Positions 29,489-38,683 of a stretch of 62,145 nt of DNA are shown here, piece after piece (position 1 is the first letter of the stretch; each line of letters begins with the position of its first letter). Source of the stretch: an uncultured bacterium (lineage in GTDB: Bacteria > CAYUVA01); NCBI GenBank assembly GCA_964448115.1, contig CAYUVA010000023.1:1-62145 (forward strand). Direction: 5' to 3'. The translations under genes were made by a program, and so were the position numbers. A model generated the notes under the pieces. It was not told where the DNA came from. It was given only the letters and a program-made list of their open reading frames with translations, and did not search any database.

Positions 29489-30292
29489 ATGATTGCCATG
29501 TTTAAAAACTTGATCAGGCTAAGGGAGCATGGCGAGCTAATACAAACTCTGGTCTCCAGGGAGTTAAAAGCTCGTTATAGAGGCTCTTTTCTAGGATTCT
29601 TTTGGTCTTTTTTAAATCCACTACTCCTTATGTTGGTTTATTCTGCTGTGTTTCAGTATTACATGCGCTTCCAGTGGAGTCATAAGTACCCTTATGGGAT
29701 ATTCCTCTTCTGCGGTCTATTGCCCTGGAGCTGGTTTCTGTCATCGTTGGCAGAGGGTGCAGGTTCGCTTTTAGCTGGAGGATCTCTTATCAAAAGCATC
29801 ACCTTCCCATCCGAGGTGCTCCCTATCGTATCGGTGTTATCCAACCTGGTGCACTTCATACTTGGATTGCCGATACTGTTTATTTTTTTCATCGCCTTCA
29901 AGGTAAAAGTAAGCTGGTTGATCCTTTTTTTGCCTGTAATCATGCTTATTCAACTAGTTCTTTCCCTAGGATTTGCCTTGATGCTTGCCGGCTTAACGGT
30001 TCATTTTAGGGATATTCAGCAGATCTTGGGCAACCTTTTGCTGCTGTGGTTTTTCCTTTGTCCGATCATCTACGAGGTTCGCATGTTGGAGAGCCTGCCT
30101 GGTGCATTGAAATGGACATATTTCTTGAATCCGATGGCTCATATCATCGTGGCTTATCAGGATATCCTCTACTTCTCACGGATGCCAAACTGGCATGCGC
30201 TCGGTGGTGTGGCAGGGTTCTCATTAGCCTGGTTTCTTATCGGATACTGGGTATTTGATCGTCTGCGTAAAACCTATGCGGAGGGGATCTGA
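29489..30292 (+). CDS. wzm: ABC-2 polysaccharide export permease (Wzm)
   Basis: RELKARYRGSFLGFFWSFLNPL, GLLPW, FRDIQQI, PIIY, LNPM. Confidence 0.93.
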   Translation: MIAMFKNLIRLREHGELIQTLVSRELKARYRGSFLGFFWSFLNPLLLMLVYSAVFQYYMRFQWSHKYPYGIFLFCGLLPWSWFLSSLAEGAGSLLAGGSLIKSITFPSEVLPIVSVLSNLVHFILGLPILFIFFIAFKVKVSWLILFLPVIMLIQLVLSLGFALMLAGLTVHFRDIQQILGNLLLLWFFLCPIIYEVRMLESLPGALKWTYFLNPMAHIIVAYQDILYFSRMPNWHALGGVAGFSLAWFLIGYWVFDRLRKTYAEGI

Positions 30293-31716
30293 TGGAAGGC
30301 ATTGCTATCAAGGCTGACAATATCTGGAAGATCTACCGCAAGCACCGTCGCATCAATAAGTACGAGACCCTCAAGGGCATGTTGCTGGGCAGGATGTCCT
30401 ACAAGCGTTCGCCGGATGAATATATTCATGCACTCAAGCATGTCTCATTCAAGGTAAGAAAAGGTGAATCGGTCGCCATCATCGGGTCTAATGGCTCCGG
30501 TAAAAGCACCCTGCTCAAGATAGTGGCTAGCATCTGCCTTCCAAGCGCCGGCATCGTCGAGGTCAACGGAAAGGTATCAGCATTGATCGAGCTTGGCGCT
30601 GGATTCCACCCGGAGATAAGCGGCCGGGAGAACATCTTCATAAACGGCATTATGCTGGGGCTAACCAAGGCTCAAGTAAAGGAAAGATTCGATAGTATCG
30701 TCAATTTTGCAGAGCTTTGGGAGTCCATCGATAACCCGGTAAAGACTTACTCGTCGGGGATGTACATGCGACTTGGCTTCAGCGTGGCAATCCATGTCGA
30801 TCCCCAGATACTGCTCATCGACGAGGTACTGGCTGTGGGGGACGAGGCTTTTGTGCACAAGTGTATTGACAAGATCTATCAATTCAGGCGACAAGGCAAG
30901 ACGATACTGCTGGTTACACACGGACTGGAGGCGGTAAAGCGGCTCTGCGACCGAGCTATCTGGCTGGAGAAGGGAACTATCCAGATCGATGCAGAGCCGA
31001 ATAAGGTGATCGGACACTACCTGCATCATGTGCACCAGAAGGAGGAGGAGCGCTACGCCTCTCTGCAAGCAAAATCGCAGCAGATCATCGACTCTGGCAT
31101 CGAATACAAGCCATCGGAAAGGAAAAAGGATACATCCGAACAGCAAGCCCAAGAGCAGACCGAGGAGAAAGTAAAGGAGCCTAAGTGCATCTTAGATGAT
31201 GATGGAAATGTCCGCATCGAGGGCTTGGAGGTTGAACGGTGGGGTTCAAGGGAGATCGAGCTTTGCGAGATAAGGATGCTTGATGATAAGGACAAGCAGA
31301 GGAATATCTATAACTCTGGCGATAAAATCACCATAGAGATGCATTTCCTTGCCCACAAGCAGATCAATGACCCGGTCTTTGGAGTGGGCATCTATACAGC
31401 ATCCGGAACTTGGTGCTATGGCACCAACACCGCCATTGAAGGATACAAGATCGCCACTATCAAAAAAGGAAGCGGGGTTATAAAGTTCGTCATCGAGCGC
31501 CTCGACCTGGTAGAAGGCTCATACTACCTGGACTTCGCGGTGCACTCACGGGACGGCTTCCCCTATGACTATCAAAGCAAGCTACATGTGATCTCGGTGC
31601 GCAGCGAAATAAAGGACTTCGGGGTATTCAGACCACCGCATAGATGGACATTTCCAAAGGGACTGCGTGTCGAGTCCAAGGGAAACCATAAGGCAAAGAA
31701 TAATGAATCGGACTAA
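30292..31716 (+). CDS. wzt: Polysaccharide ABC exporter ATPase with a C-terminal Wzt carbohydrate-binding domain
   Basis: GSNGSGKST, YSSGMYMRLGFS, IDEVLAVGDEAF; C-terminal RWGS...DPVFGVGI...GSYYLDFAVH. Confidence 0.93.
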   Translation: MEGIAIKADNIWKIYRKHRRINKYETLKGMLLGRMSYKRSPDEYIHALKHVSFKVRKGESVAIIGSNGSGKSTLLKIVASICLPSAGIVEVNGKVSALIELGAGFHPEISGRENIFINGIMLGLTKAQVKERFDSIVNFAELWESIDNPVKTYSSGMYMRLGFSVAIHVDPQILLIDEVLAVGDEAFVHKCIDKIYQFRRQGKTILLVTHGLEAVKRLCDRAIWLEKGTIQIDAEPNKVIGHYLHHVHQKEEERYASLQAKSQQIIDSGIEYKPSERKKDTSEQQAQEQTEEKVKEPKCILDDDGNVRIEGLEVERWGSREIELCEIRMLDDKDKQRNIYNSGDKITIEMHFLAHKQINDPVFGVGIYTASGTWCYGTNTAIEGYKIATIKKGSGVIKFVIERLDLVEGSYYLDFAVHSRDGFPYDYQSKLHVISVRSEIKDFGVFRPPHRWTFPKGLRVESKGNHKAKNNESD

Positions 31717-33587
31717 TCCTGCGTCCCATACTTGCCCATCAGGTCGAGGTCGAAGTTCTGTAGCCACTGATAGGCATTCCCTTTTAAGATAAGGTTATAC
31801 CTTCCAGGTTTAGCTCGAATAGGACGCAATATGCGGTCTATCTCACCAGGCTGGGCGCTCTGCATGAAATACGGATAATATGACTTGCCCCAGGTGAAAA
31901 GATAGGCACATCTTAGATAATCGAAAATTACTATATTCTTGAACACTCGCTCCGAGTTATTGTCGAACTTGACAAAGAATTCGCTGTTTTCGATAAAATC
32001 AGCAGCATGATGTAACATGGGACTCTTGGGATCCTCCAAAGTACGCTCATAGCCAGAAAAGGCAACCATTGGAGCCCCTTTGCCCGAAGTCAAGCCGGTA
32101 TTTGCCGCAAGCAGGCTCTCCAAAAAGACCTCTCGTTTTGCCAGGACACTATATGCGCCCCATAATATAAGTATCTTGTAAATTAGATTGCTATAGAATC
32201 CGGGATGGAGCATCTCGATCTGCCTTTTACTAAGCTCCCTGGTCATTTTCTTGGCTTTGACATAGACCTCGGTCAGCATCTCACGATTCTCTTTATTGAA
32301 GCTGAAGCTATGCAGCCTGATCAACTGGTACATGATCCCCTCATCGGGATCGGTACAGTCCTTCAGCTCCAGCGTCGTATGATCGATCAGTCTCGCTCCA
32401 AGCCCAGCGAAATGGAGCGTTCGGGAGATTATCTTCTCTATTATCTCCAGGTTCTTCTTTATCTCGAAGGGGATGAACCTCGCCTCCATGAAGATGTTAT
32501 CCACCGCCTCCTTGAGGGTATCGATGATATATAGCTTCCTTCCTGTTTTGAGATATTCCATGAAGCGCTTTTGAATCTCCAGAGGGCTGGTCTGCTTTGG
32601 AGGCGGGGAGATCTTCCCTGGTTCTTGTTTTGAAGGTCTCTGCAAAGGCTCCGATTCCTCGACCAAATCCTCCTCTGGCATCTGTTTTGTCTCAGTGTTT
32701 ATCGGCTTTCTATTCGGCGTTGAGATCCTCACCGTAGCCATGGCTTCCTGGGTTGGCGGTATCTTGCCCAATTGCTTGACTGCAAAGCTATGCTGTAGCT
32801 GTTCGAAAAGCTGGCCAGCATCATTAAAGCGTTGCTCTGGACTCTTGCTCAAGCAACGAAGGATAACCTTCTCCAGGCGCGGAGTTATCATTGGATTGAG
32901 CGCTCTGGGTGATACTGGGGCAGTGTTCAGATGCTTGTGAATGATATCGTAAACCTCCCCTTTGAAAGGGACGGTGCCGGTGAACATCTCATATAGCATC
33001 ACTCCGATGGAATAAATATCGGCTCGAAAATCGATATTCGGCGAACCCTTGATCTGCTCTGGAGAGATATAATATGGCGTTCCCAGGGCGGTGCCGGTCT
33101 GGGTAAGTTTGGCTCCGCTTTTTAGTTTAGCCAAGCCGAAGTCCATCAAATAGATATGCCCGAAGCGATCAACCATGATGTTTGATGGCTTGAGATCCCG
33201 ATGCACAATGCCCATGGAATGGATATAAGAGACAGCGCCAATAAATGGCTTCAGGAATGTTAAGCCCCTCTTCAGGCTCATCTTACCCTCGCGGTTCATG
33301 ATCTCATCGAGGTTCTCTCCATCGATGTACTTCATAATCATGTAGGTCAAATCTTCCTCGAAGCCGATCCAATAAATATCGATGATGTTAGGATGATTGA
33401 GCCTGGCTAGCGTGCCCGCCTCGTGGATAAAGCGATCTCTTAGGTCGGGATCGATCAGAACCTTGATAGCTATCTCTTTCTCGATACCGAGGATTATCCC
33501 CTTATAAACCTGGCACATGCCACCTTTGCCGATCGGTTGCAGGATCTTGTATTTCCCCGCCAGAACCTTGTCTTTAAGATCGATCAT
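31713..33587 (-). CDS. Hanks-type Ser/Thr kinase with an uncharacterised C-terminal domain
   Basis: IGKGGMCQVY, IAIK, HRDLKPSN, DFGLAK, GTPYYISPEQ; Pro/Gln-rich linker, then a ~285-aa unknown region. Confidence 0.92.
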   Translation of the reverse strand: MIDLKDKVLAGKYKILQPIGKGGMCQVYKGIILGIEKEIAIKVLIDPDLRDRFIHEAGTLARLNHPNIIDIYWIGFEEDLTYMIMKYIDGENLDEIMNREGKMSLKRGLTFLKPFIGAVSYIHSMGIVHRDLKPSNIMVDRFGHIYLMDFGLAKLKSGAKLTQTGTALGTPYYISPEQIKGSPNIDFRADIYSIGVMLYEMFTGTVPFKGEVYDIIHKHLNTAPVSPRALNPMITPRLEKVILRCLSKSPEQRFNDAGQLFEQLQHSFAVKQLGKIPPTQEAMATVRISTPNRKPINTETKQMPEEDLVEESEPLQRPSKQEPGKISPPPKQTSPLEIQKRFMEYLKTGRKLYIIDTLKEAVDNIFMEARFIPFEIKKNLEIIEKIISRTLHFAGLGARLIDHTTLELKDCTDPDEGIMYQLIRLHSFSFNKENREMLTEVYVKAKKMTRELSKRQIEMLHPGFYSNLIYKILILWGAYSVLAKREVFLESLLAANTGLTSGKGAPMVAFSGYERTLEDPKSPMLHHAADFIENSEFFVKFDNNSERVFKNIVIFDYLRCAYLFTWGKSYYPYFMQSAQPGEIDRILRPIRAKPGRYNLILKGNAYQWLQNFDLDLMGKYGTQD

Positions 33588-33647
33588 GTTAGATTACTTC
33601 CCTGAAAACATGCACCATTTAGCGCGTCGTAATTTTTATACCAAAAC

Positions 33648-33784
33648 TGTCATTCCTAGCGAGCTTGTCCCGATATTTTATAGAACAAGCGAGTCGATGA
33701 AGCCATTTATCATCAATGACTTACAAGGATCCCTCGCCTTGGTCCCGAATTCCAGAAAAAATCGGGACTCCGCTCGGGAAGACA
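33648..33784. repeat. Nested palindromic REP/MITE-like element
   Basis: Imperfect terminal IR TGTCATTCCTAGCG / CGCTCGGGAAGACA enclosing hairpins GCTTGT...ACAAGC and GTCCCGA...TCGGGAC. Confidence 0.55.
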
Positions 33785-33838
33785 GGGGGTAATGGTTGCG
33801 GCTACGCTGCGCCAGTTTTTTGGTCTGAATATACATAA

Positions 33839-34921
33839 TCAAAGATCAATTGGTAAGGAGAAATAAAATGTACTTCCCTGTCCGGGGGCACTCTCCAGCC
33901 ATATTTCCCCTTGATGCGCTTGAATGATAAGCCTGCTGATAACAAGCCCTAGCCCGGTTCCCCTCTTAGACCTGGCTGATTCCTGGGCATGAGCATATTT
34001 CTCGAAGATTAGCTGGTGATCTCTGGCATCTATCCCGCAGCCGGTATCTCGAACCCAAAATATAACCCGGTTCTCTTGAACTATCTGTCCGATGGCTATT
34101 TCACCTCCCTGGGGAGTAAACTTGAAGGCATTATCGATAAGATTTGAGAAGACCTGCTCGATCATCTCAGCATCCGCTTTGACCATTATGTCTGGATCAT
34201 CAGCCTGGAATTCCACCTTGATATCGTGCTTTCCTCGGTACTTATCAGTCAATTTCCGAGCGGCTTCAAGCAGGTTACTCGACTTCACCTGCGCTAATTG
34301 AATATCCAGCCTTCCAGCTTCGATCTTGGATAGATCGAGGATATCATTGACCAGCCTGATCAGCTTCTTCCCCTGGTCAAGCGCATCGGATAGTGCCTCA
34401 TTTTGTGCTTCATTTATGCTCCCTAGCATACCGGATGTTACCGTCTCCAGGTTACCGAGAATGGCAGTCAGCGGATTCTTCAGATCGTGCACGATCATGG
34501 ATGTGAAGTCCTGTTGCAGCCTTAATAGCTCCTCCCTTTGTCGCTTAAGCCGAATTAAAGCCTGGATGCGCGCAAGAAGCTCGGCTTCGTTGGGCGGCTT
34601 GGTGATGAAATAGTCTGCGCCTGCCTTGACCGCATCTACCCGATCCTTGACTGCATCGAGAAAGGTAACCACGATAACCGGTAAAAACCGTGTCCGCTCT
34701 TGGGATCTTATCCAACGACATACCTGGAAGCCATCGATTCCCGGCATCATAAGGTCTAGTATGGCAAGATCGAAGTCCTCGGTTTCGAGCAACCGCATCG
34801 CTTCCCTACCGCTTTGAGCAACCACTGCCTGGTATCCTCCCTTTTGCAGATAATAGCGAACCAGCTCGACGCTGGAGGGATTATCATCGATCACCAGTAT
34901 TCTTTGCCCATCATTACCCAT
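33839..34921 (-). CDS. Hybrid response regulator-histidine kinase (REC-HisKA-HATPase)
   Basis: ILVIDD, LDLMMPGIDG, ITKP; VHDLKNPL; NLIDNAFKF, DTGCGI, GTGLGL. Confidence 0.95.
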   Translation of the reverse strand: MGNDGQRILVIDDNPSSVELVRYYLQKGGYQAVVAQSGREAMRLLETEDFDLAILDLMMPGIDGFQVCRWIRSQERTRFLPVIVVTFLDAVKDRVDAVKAGADYFITKPPNEAELLARIQALIRLKRQREELLRLQQDFTSMIVHDLKNPLTAILGNLETVTSGMLGSINEAQNEALSDALDQGKKLIRLVNDILDLSKIEAGRLDIQLAQVKSSNLLEAARKLTDKYRGKHDIKVEFQADDPDIMVKADAEMIEQVFSNLIDNAFKFTPQGGEIAIGQIVQENRVIFWVRDTGCGIDARDHQLIFEKYAHAQESARSKRGTGLGLVISRLIIQAHQGEIWLESAPGQGSTFYFSLPIDL

Positions 34922-35122
34922 AACATGCCACTGTTTCTATAGATAATAACACAAAATGAAGCCTCATTGCTATTAATGATGTTTGAGATCGCACCTGATC
35001 CTATAACAGATAAAGACGCGCCAAAAGGTAGATACTCCTCTTGAATGATCGGATAAAGTATGATAAATTGGAACATCAAAAAGTTGATCGAAACAAAATG
35101 ACCTGAAAGGAGATAACCTTTT

Positions 35123-36121
35123 ATGATGAAAGTAGGCATAAATGGCTTTGGAAGAATAGGTCGGCTAGTTGCCCGTGAGATCCTCAGATATGATGACATG
35201 GAGTTGGTGGCGGTCAATGACCTGTTCCCTACAGACATACTCTCACATCTTTTCAAGTATGACTCCGCACACGGCATCTATCCCGGCGAGGTCAGCTTCG
35301 AGGAAAAAGCTATAATAATCGATGGTAAGAAGATTGAATGCTTTGCCGAGAAAGATCCTGCTAATCTTAAATGGGGATCGTTGGGTGTCAAAGTTGTCCT
35401 GGAATGCACTGGTAAATTCCGAGTAAGGGACAAGGCAGCAAGGCACCTCGATGCCGGAGCTAAGAAGGTCATCATCTCTGCCCCGGGGAAGCAGGTAGAT
35501 GGCACCTTCGTGATCGGCGTCAATGAAAAGATCTATGATCCCACAAAGCATCATGTCATCTCTAATGCCTCATGTACCACCAACTGCCTGGCACCGCTTG
35601 TGAAGGTGCTTAACGATAATCTCGGCATAGTGAGTGGCTTCATGACCACAACCCATTCCTATACGGCAGATCAAAGGTTGCAGGATGCTCCCCACAAGGA
35701 CTTCCGCCGAGCACGCGCTGCCGCCGAGTCGATCATTCCGACAACTACCGGTGCTGCCAAGACAGTTGGCAAGGTCATTTGCGAGCTTGAAGGCAAGCTC
35801 GATGGCATAGCCCTTCGCGTGCCAACTATAAATGTCTCCCTGGTCGATTTCGTCTGCACGGTGAAGATTTCAACCACCATTGAACAAGTAAACCAGATGT
35901 TCAAGAGAGCAGCCGAGGGCGAACTCAATGGCATCTTGGGATATTCCGAGGTACCCTTGGTCTCCAAGGACTACAATAGCAATCGGCTCTCATCCATCCT
36001 CGATGCCGAGCTTACCAATGTACTAAACGGTACATTGGTAAAGGTGGTCGCCTGGTACGACAACGAGATGGGCTACTCGGCGAGAACAGTGGAATTAGCC
36101 AGAATAGTCTATCCTGGATAG
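35123..36121 (+). CDS. gap: Glyceraldehyde-3-phosphate dehydrogenase, type I
   Basis: GINGFGRIGR, SNASCTTNCLAP, WYDNEMGYS. Confidence 0.99.
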   Translation: MMKVGINGFGRIGRLVAREILRYDDMELVAVNDLFPTDILSHLFKYDSAHGIYPGEVSFEEKAIIIDGKKIECFAEKDPANLKWGSLGVKVVLECTGKFRVRDKAARHLDAGAKKVIISAPGKQVDGTFVIGVNEKIYDPTKHHVISNASCTTNCLAPLVKVLNDNLGIVSGFMTTTHSYTADQRLQDAPHKDFRRARAAAESIIPTTTGAAKTVGKVICELEGKLDGIALRVPTINVSLVDFVCTVKISTTIEQVNQMFKRAAEGELNGILGYSEVPLVSKDYNSNRLSSILDAELTNVLNGTLVKVVAWYDNEMGYSARTVELARIVYPG

Positions 36122-36171
36122 AAGATCTATAAATACAAGAATCGATAAATAATAACCAAAGGCGTCATATT

Positions 36172-36936
36172 ATGTCTGACCGCATTCCGATAATCGCTGG
36201 CAACTGGAAGATGAACCTGACGGAAGATGATGCAATTAGCTTAGCTGGCTCGCTAATCGATAGATACACCGTGTTCGATAAAGCGAAGATTATCATATTT
36301 CCTCCCTATATCTATCTGAAAGAGATAATCGCTCTTGTCAAAGGATCAGTGCTCAGAGTCGGTGCGCAGAACATGCACTTTGAGGATGGGGGCGCGTACA
36401 CCGGCGAGATCAGCGCCCCTATGCTAAAAAGCATTGATTGCAACTATGTCATCATCGGACATAGCGAACGCCGGCGGTACTTCGGCGAGAGCGACCGTTT
36501 GGTAAACAGCAAACTAAAGGCAGCATTCAAACACCGCCTTTCGCCTATTATGTGCATCGGAGAGACCTTGCAACAACGAGAGGATAAGCAGACCTTCGAT
36601 GTCCTTGAACAGCAAATAAAAGTAGGCTTAGATGGTGTCAAGCTCAGCCATGCAAACGAGCTGATCATCGCTTATGAACCGGTGTGGGCGATCGGCACCG
36701 GGCGAACCGCGACTCCGCGGATCGCCCAGGAAGCGCATCAATTCATCCGTGAGCTGCTATCATCGCTGTATGGCAACCAGGTTTCTGATGCAATGATCAT
36801 CCAGTATGGCGGCAGTGTCAAGCCGGACAATATAGCTCAGCTTATGGCTCAACCTGATATAGATGGAGCGCTTGTCGGTGGAGCGAGCCTTAAGTATGGC
36901 GACTTTGTCAAGATCATAGAATACGAGCGATCCTAG
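36172..36936 (+). CDS. tpiA: Triosephosphate isomerase
   Basis: AGNWKMN, GHSERR, AYEPVWAIGTG, YGGSVKP, GALVGGASL. Confidence 0.99.
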   Translation: MSDRIPIIAGNWKMNLTEDDAISLAGSLIDRYTVFDKAKIIIFPPYIYLKEIIALVKGSVLRVGAQNMHFEDGGAYTGEISAPMLKSIDCNYVIIGHSERRRYFGESDRLVNSKLKAAFKHRLSPIMCIGETLQQREDKQTFDVLEQQIKVGLDGVKLSHANELIIAYEPVWAIGTGRTATPRIAQEAHQFIRELLSSLYGNQVSDAMIIQYGGSVKPDNIAQLMAQPDIDGALVGGASLKYGDFVKIIEYERS

Positions 36937-37082
36937 AGAATCTCACGAGGAACTAGTATCGATTCCCTCTTTCTTTCCCTCAACTTAGTAACAAATATCA
37001 ATCATTTTCTGGGAGGTTTTTGATTCCTCACTTTGGCTGATATCTTCTGAGCAGATAATCTAAATTATTTAACAAAAAAGAC

Positions 37083-37111
37083 TTGACAAAATACGACTAA
37101 GGTATTATATT
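37083..37111 (+). promoter_or_regulatory. Sigma70 promoter for hsp20
   Basis: TTGACA-N17-TATATT. Confidence 0.65.
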
Positions 37112-37176
37112 ATAGGTAGTGAAGATAACAGGACTCGAAAGAGTCAGAACTAACCAAAAACACAGGAGGTGTTGAT

Positions 37177-37623
37177 ATGAGCTTAGTAAGATGGAAGCCG
37201 TTCAGAGACATCATGAGAAGGGACTTCGGTTGGGATCCCTTTGAGGAAGGAATGCTCAGGAGATTCTTTGATGAAGAGGATACCAGAACCTGCGATTGGT
37301 CACCAGCAGTCGATATCCTCGAAAAGGACAAGGAGATAATCATCAAGGCAGAGATCCCCGGCGTAGAGAAAAAGGATATCGATATCAGCGTGCAGAAGAA
37401 TACCTTGGTCATCAAGGGCGAGAAAAAGTACGAGGAAGAGCGCAAGGAGCAGAACTATCACCGAGTCGAGAGATGCTACGGAACCTTCCAGAGGTCCTTC
37501 GTGCTGCCGGAGTATGTCGAGGCTGAGAAGATCAAGGCTACATTCAAGGATGGAGTGCTCACCCTGACCCTTCCCAAGAAGCCCGAAGTCCTGCCTAAGA
37601 GCATCGACATAAAGGTCGAATAA
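37177..37623 (+). CDS. Small heat-shock protein, Hsp20/alpha-crystallin family
   Basis: WSPAVDI.E...AEIPGV...ER.YG.F.RSF.LP...A.FKDGVL.LTLPK...I.IKV. Confidence 0.96.
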   Translation: MSLVRWKPFRDIMRRDFGWDPFEEGMLRRFFDEEDTRTCDWSPAVDILEKDKEIIIKAEIPGVEKKDIDISVQKNTLVIKGEKKYEEERKEQNYHRVERCYGTFQRSFVLPEYVEAEKIKATFKDGVLTLTLPKKPEVLPKSIDIKVE

Positions 37624-37660
37624 GAGACCAAGAACTCAAACAGGCTGTAAATCCAACAAC

Positions 37661-37688
37661 GGGGAGCGATCCCAAGCTCCCCATTTTT
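37661..37688 (+). terminator. Intrinsic terminator after hsp20
   Basis: GGGGAGC-N8-GCTCCCC stem followed by ATTTTT. Confidence 0.75.
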
Positions 37689-37721
37689 CATATCTCGTTC
37701 AATAACCATCAGCCTAACAAT

Positions 37722-37750
37722 TTGACACCACTACCAGTGGATAATAATAT
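37722..37750 (+). promoter_or_regulatory. Sigma70 promoter for glyQS
   Basis: TTGACA-N17-TAATAT, with a CCACT-N3-AGTGG inverted repeat in the spacer. Confidence 0.55.
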
Positions 37751-37798
37751 AGCTATTTTGAACTGATGATTTGAAAGGATAACTACGAGGTATCGAGC

Positions 37799-38683
37799 TT
37801 GTATTTTCAGGACATCATACAACATCTTTCGAGTTTCTGGGCAAAAAAGGGCTGCATTATAGCCCAGCCTTACGATATCGAGGTCGGCGCTGGAACATTC
37901 AGCCCGCATACATTTCTGCGCGCCTTAGGACCGGAACCATGGAAGGTCGCTTATGTGGAGCCATCTCGCAGACCGACCGACGGAAGGTATGGCGAAAATC
38001 CCAACCGATTGCAGCATTACTATCAATTCCAGGTGATATTGAAGCCTCCACCAGAGGATGCACAGGGATTGTACCTGGATAGTTTGCGCAGCCTGGGCAT
38101 TGATCCCTTGAGACACGATATCCGCTTTGTAGAGGATGACTGGGAGTCCCCTACCTTAGGAGCCTGGGGCTTGGGATGGGAGATCTGGCTCGATGGAATG
38201 GAGATCACCCAGTTTACCTACATGCAGCAGGTAGGTGGCATTGATCTCGATCCCATCTCGGTGGAGCTTACCTATGGATTGGAGCGGATCGCCATGTATC
38301 TGCAGAACATCCATAATGTCTTCGAGGTCAAATGGAATGAAGCCCTATGTTACGGAGACATTCACCTTTCCACAGAACAACAATTTTCCAGATACAACTT
38401 CGAGGCTGCAAATGTGCGCATGCTTTTCAAGCTGTTCGATATGTACGAGGCTGAGGCTTATAAAGTAATTGGCATTGGTCTTTTCTTACCTGCTTATGAT
38501 TACACCTTAAAGACCAGTCATATCTTCAACCTTCTCGATGCCAGGGGAGCGATCAGCGTAACCGAACGGGTTGGCTTTATTGCACGGGTGCGCAGGCTAG
38601 CCAAGCTGTGTGCCGAGGGATATCTAGCCGACAGGGAGGCGCTCGGATACCCGCTGCTTAAGGAGGTAAAAGAAGATGCCTAA
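37799..38683 (+). CDS. glyQ: Glycine-tRNA ligase alpha subunit
   Basis: [53 protein letters not shown] start. Confidence 0.98.
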   Translation: MYFQDIIQHLSSFWAKKGCIIAQPYDIEVGAGTFSPHTFLRALGPEPWKVAYVEPSRRPTDGRYGENPNRLQHYYQFQVILKPPPEDAQGLYLDSLRSLGIDPLRHDIRFVEDDWESPTLGAWGLGWEIWLDGMEITQFTYMQQVGGIDLDPISVELTYGLERIAMYLQNIHNVFEVKWNEALCYGDIHLSTEQQFSRYNFEAANVRMLFKLFDMYEAEAYKVIGIGLFLPAYDYTLKTSHIFNLLDARGAISVTERVGFIARVRRLAKLCAEGYLADREALGYPLLKEVKEDA

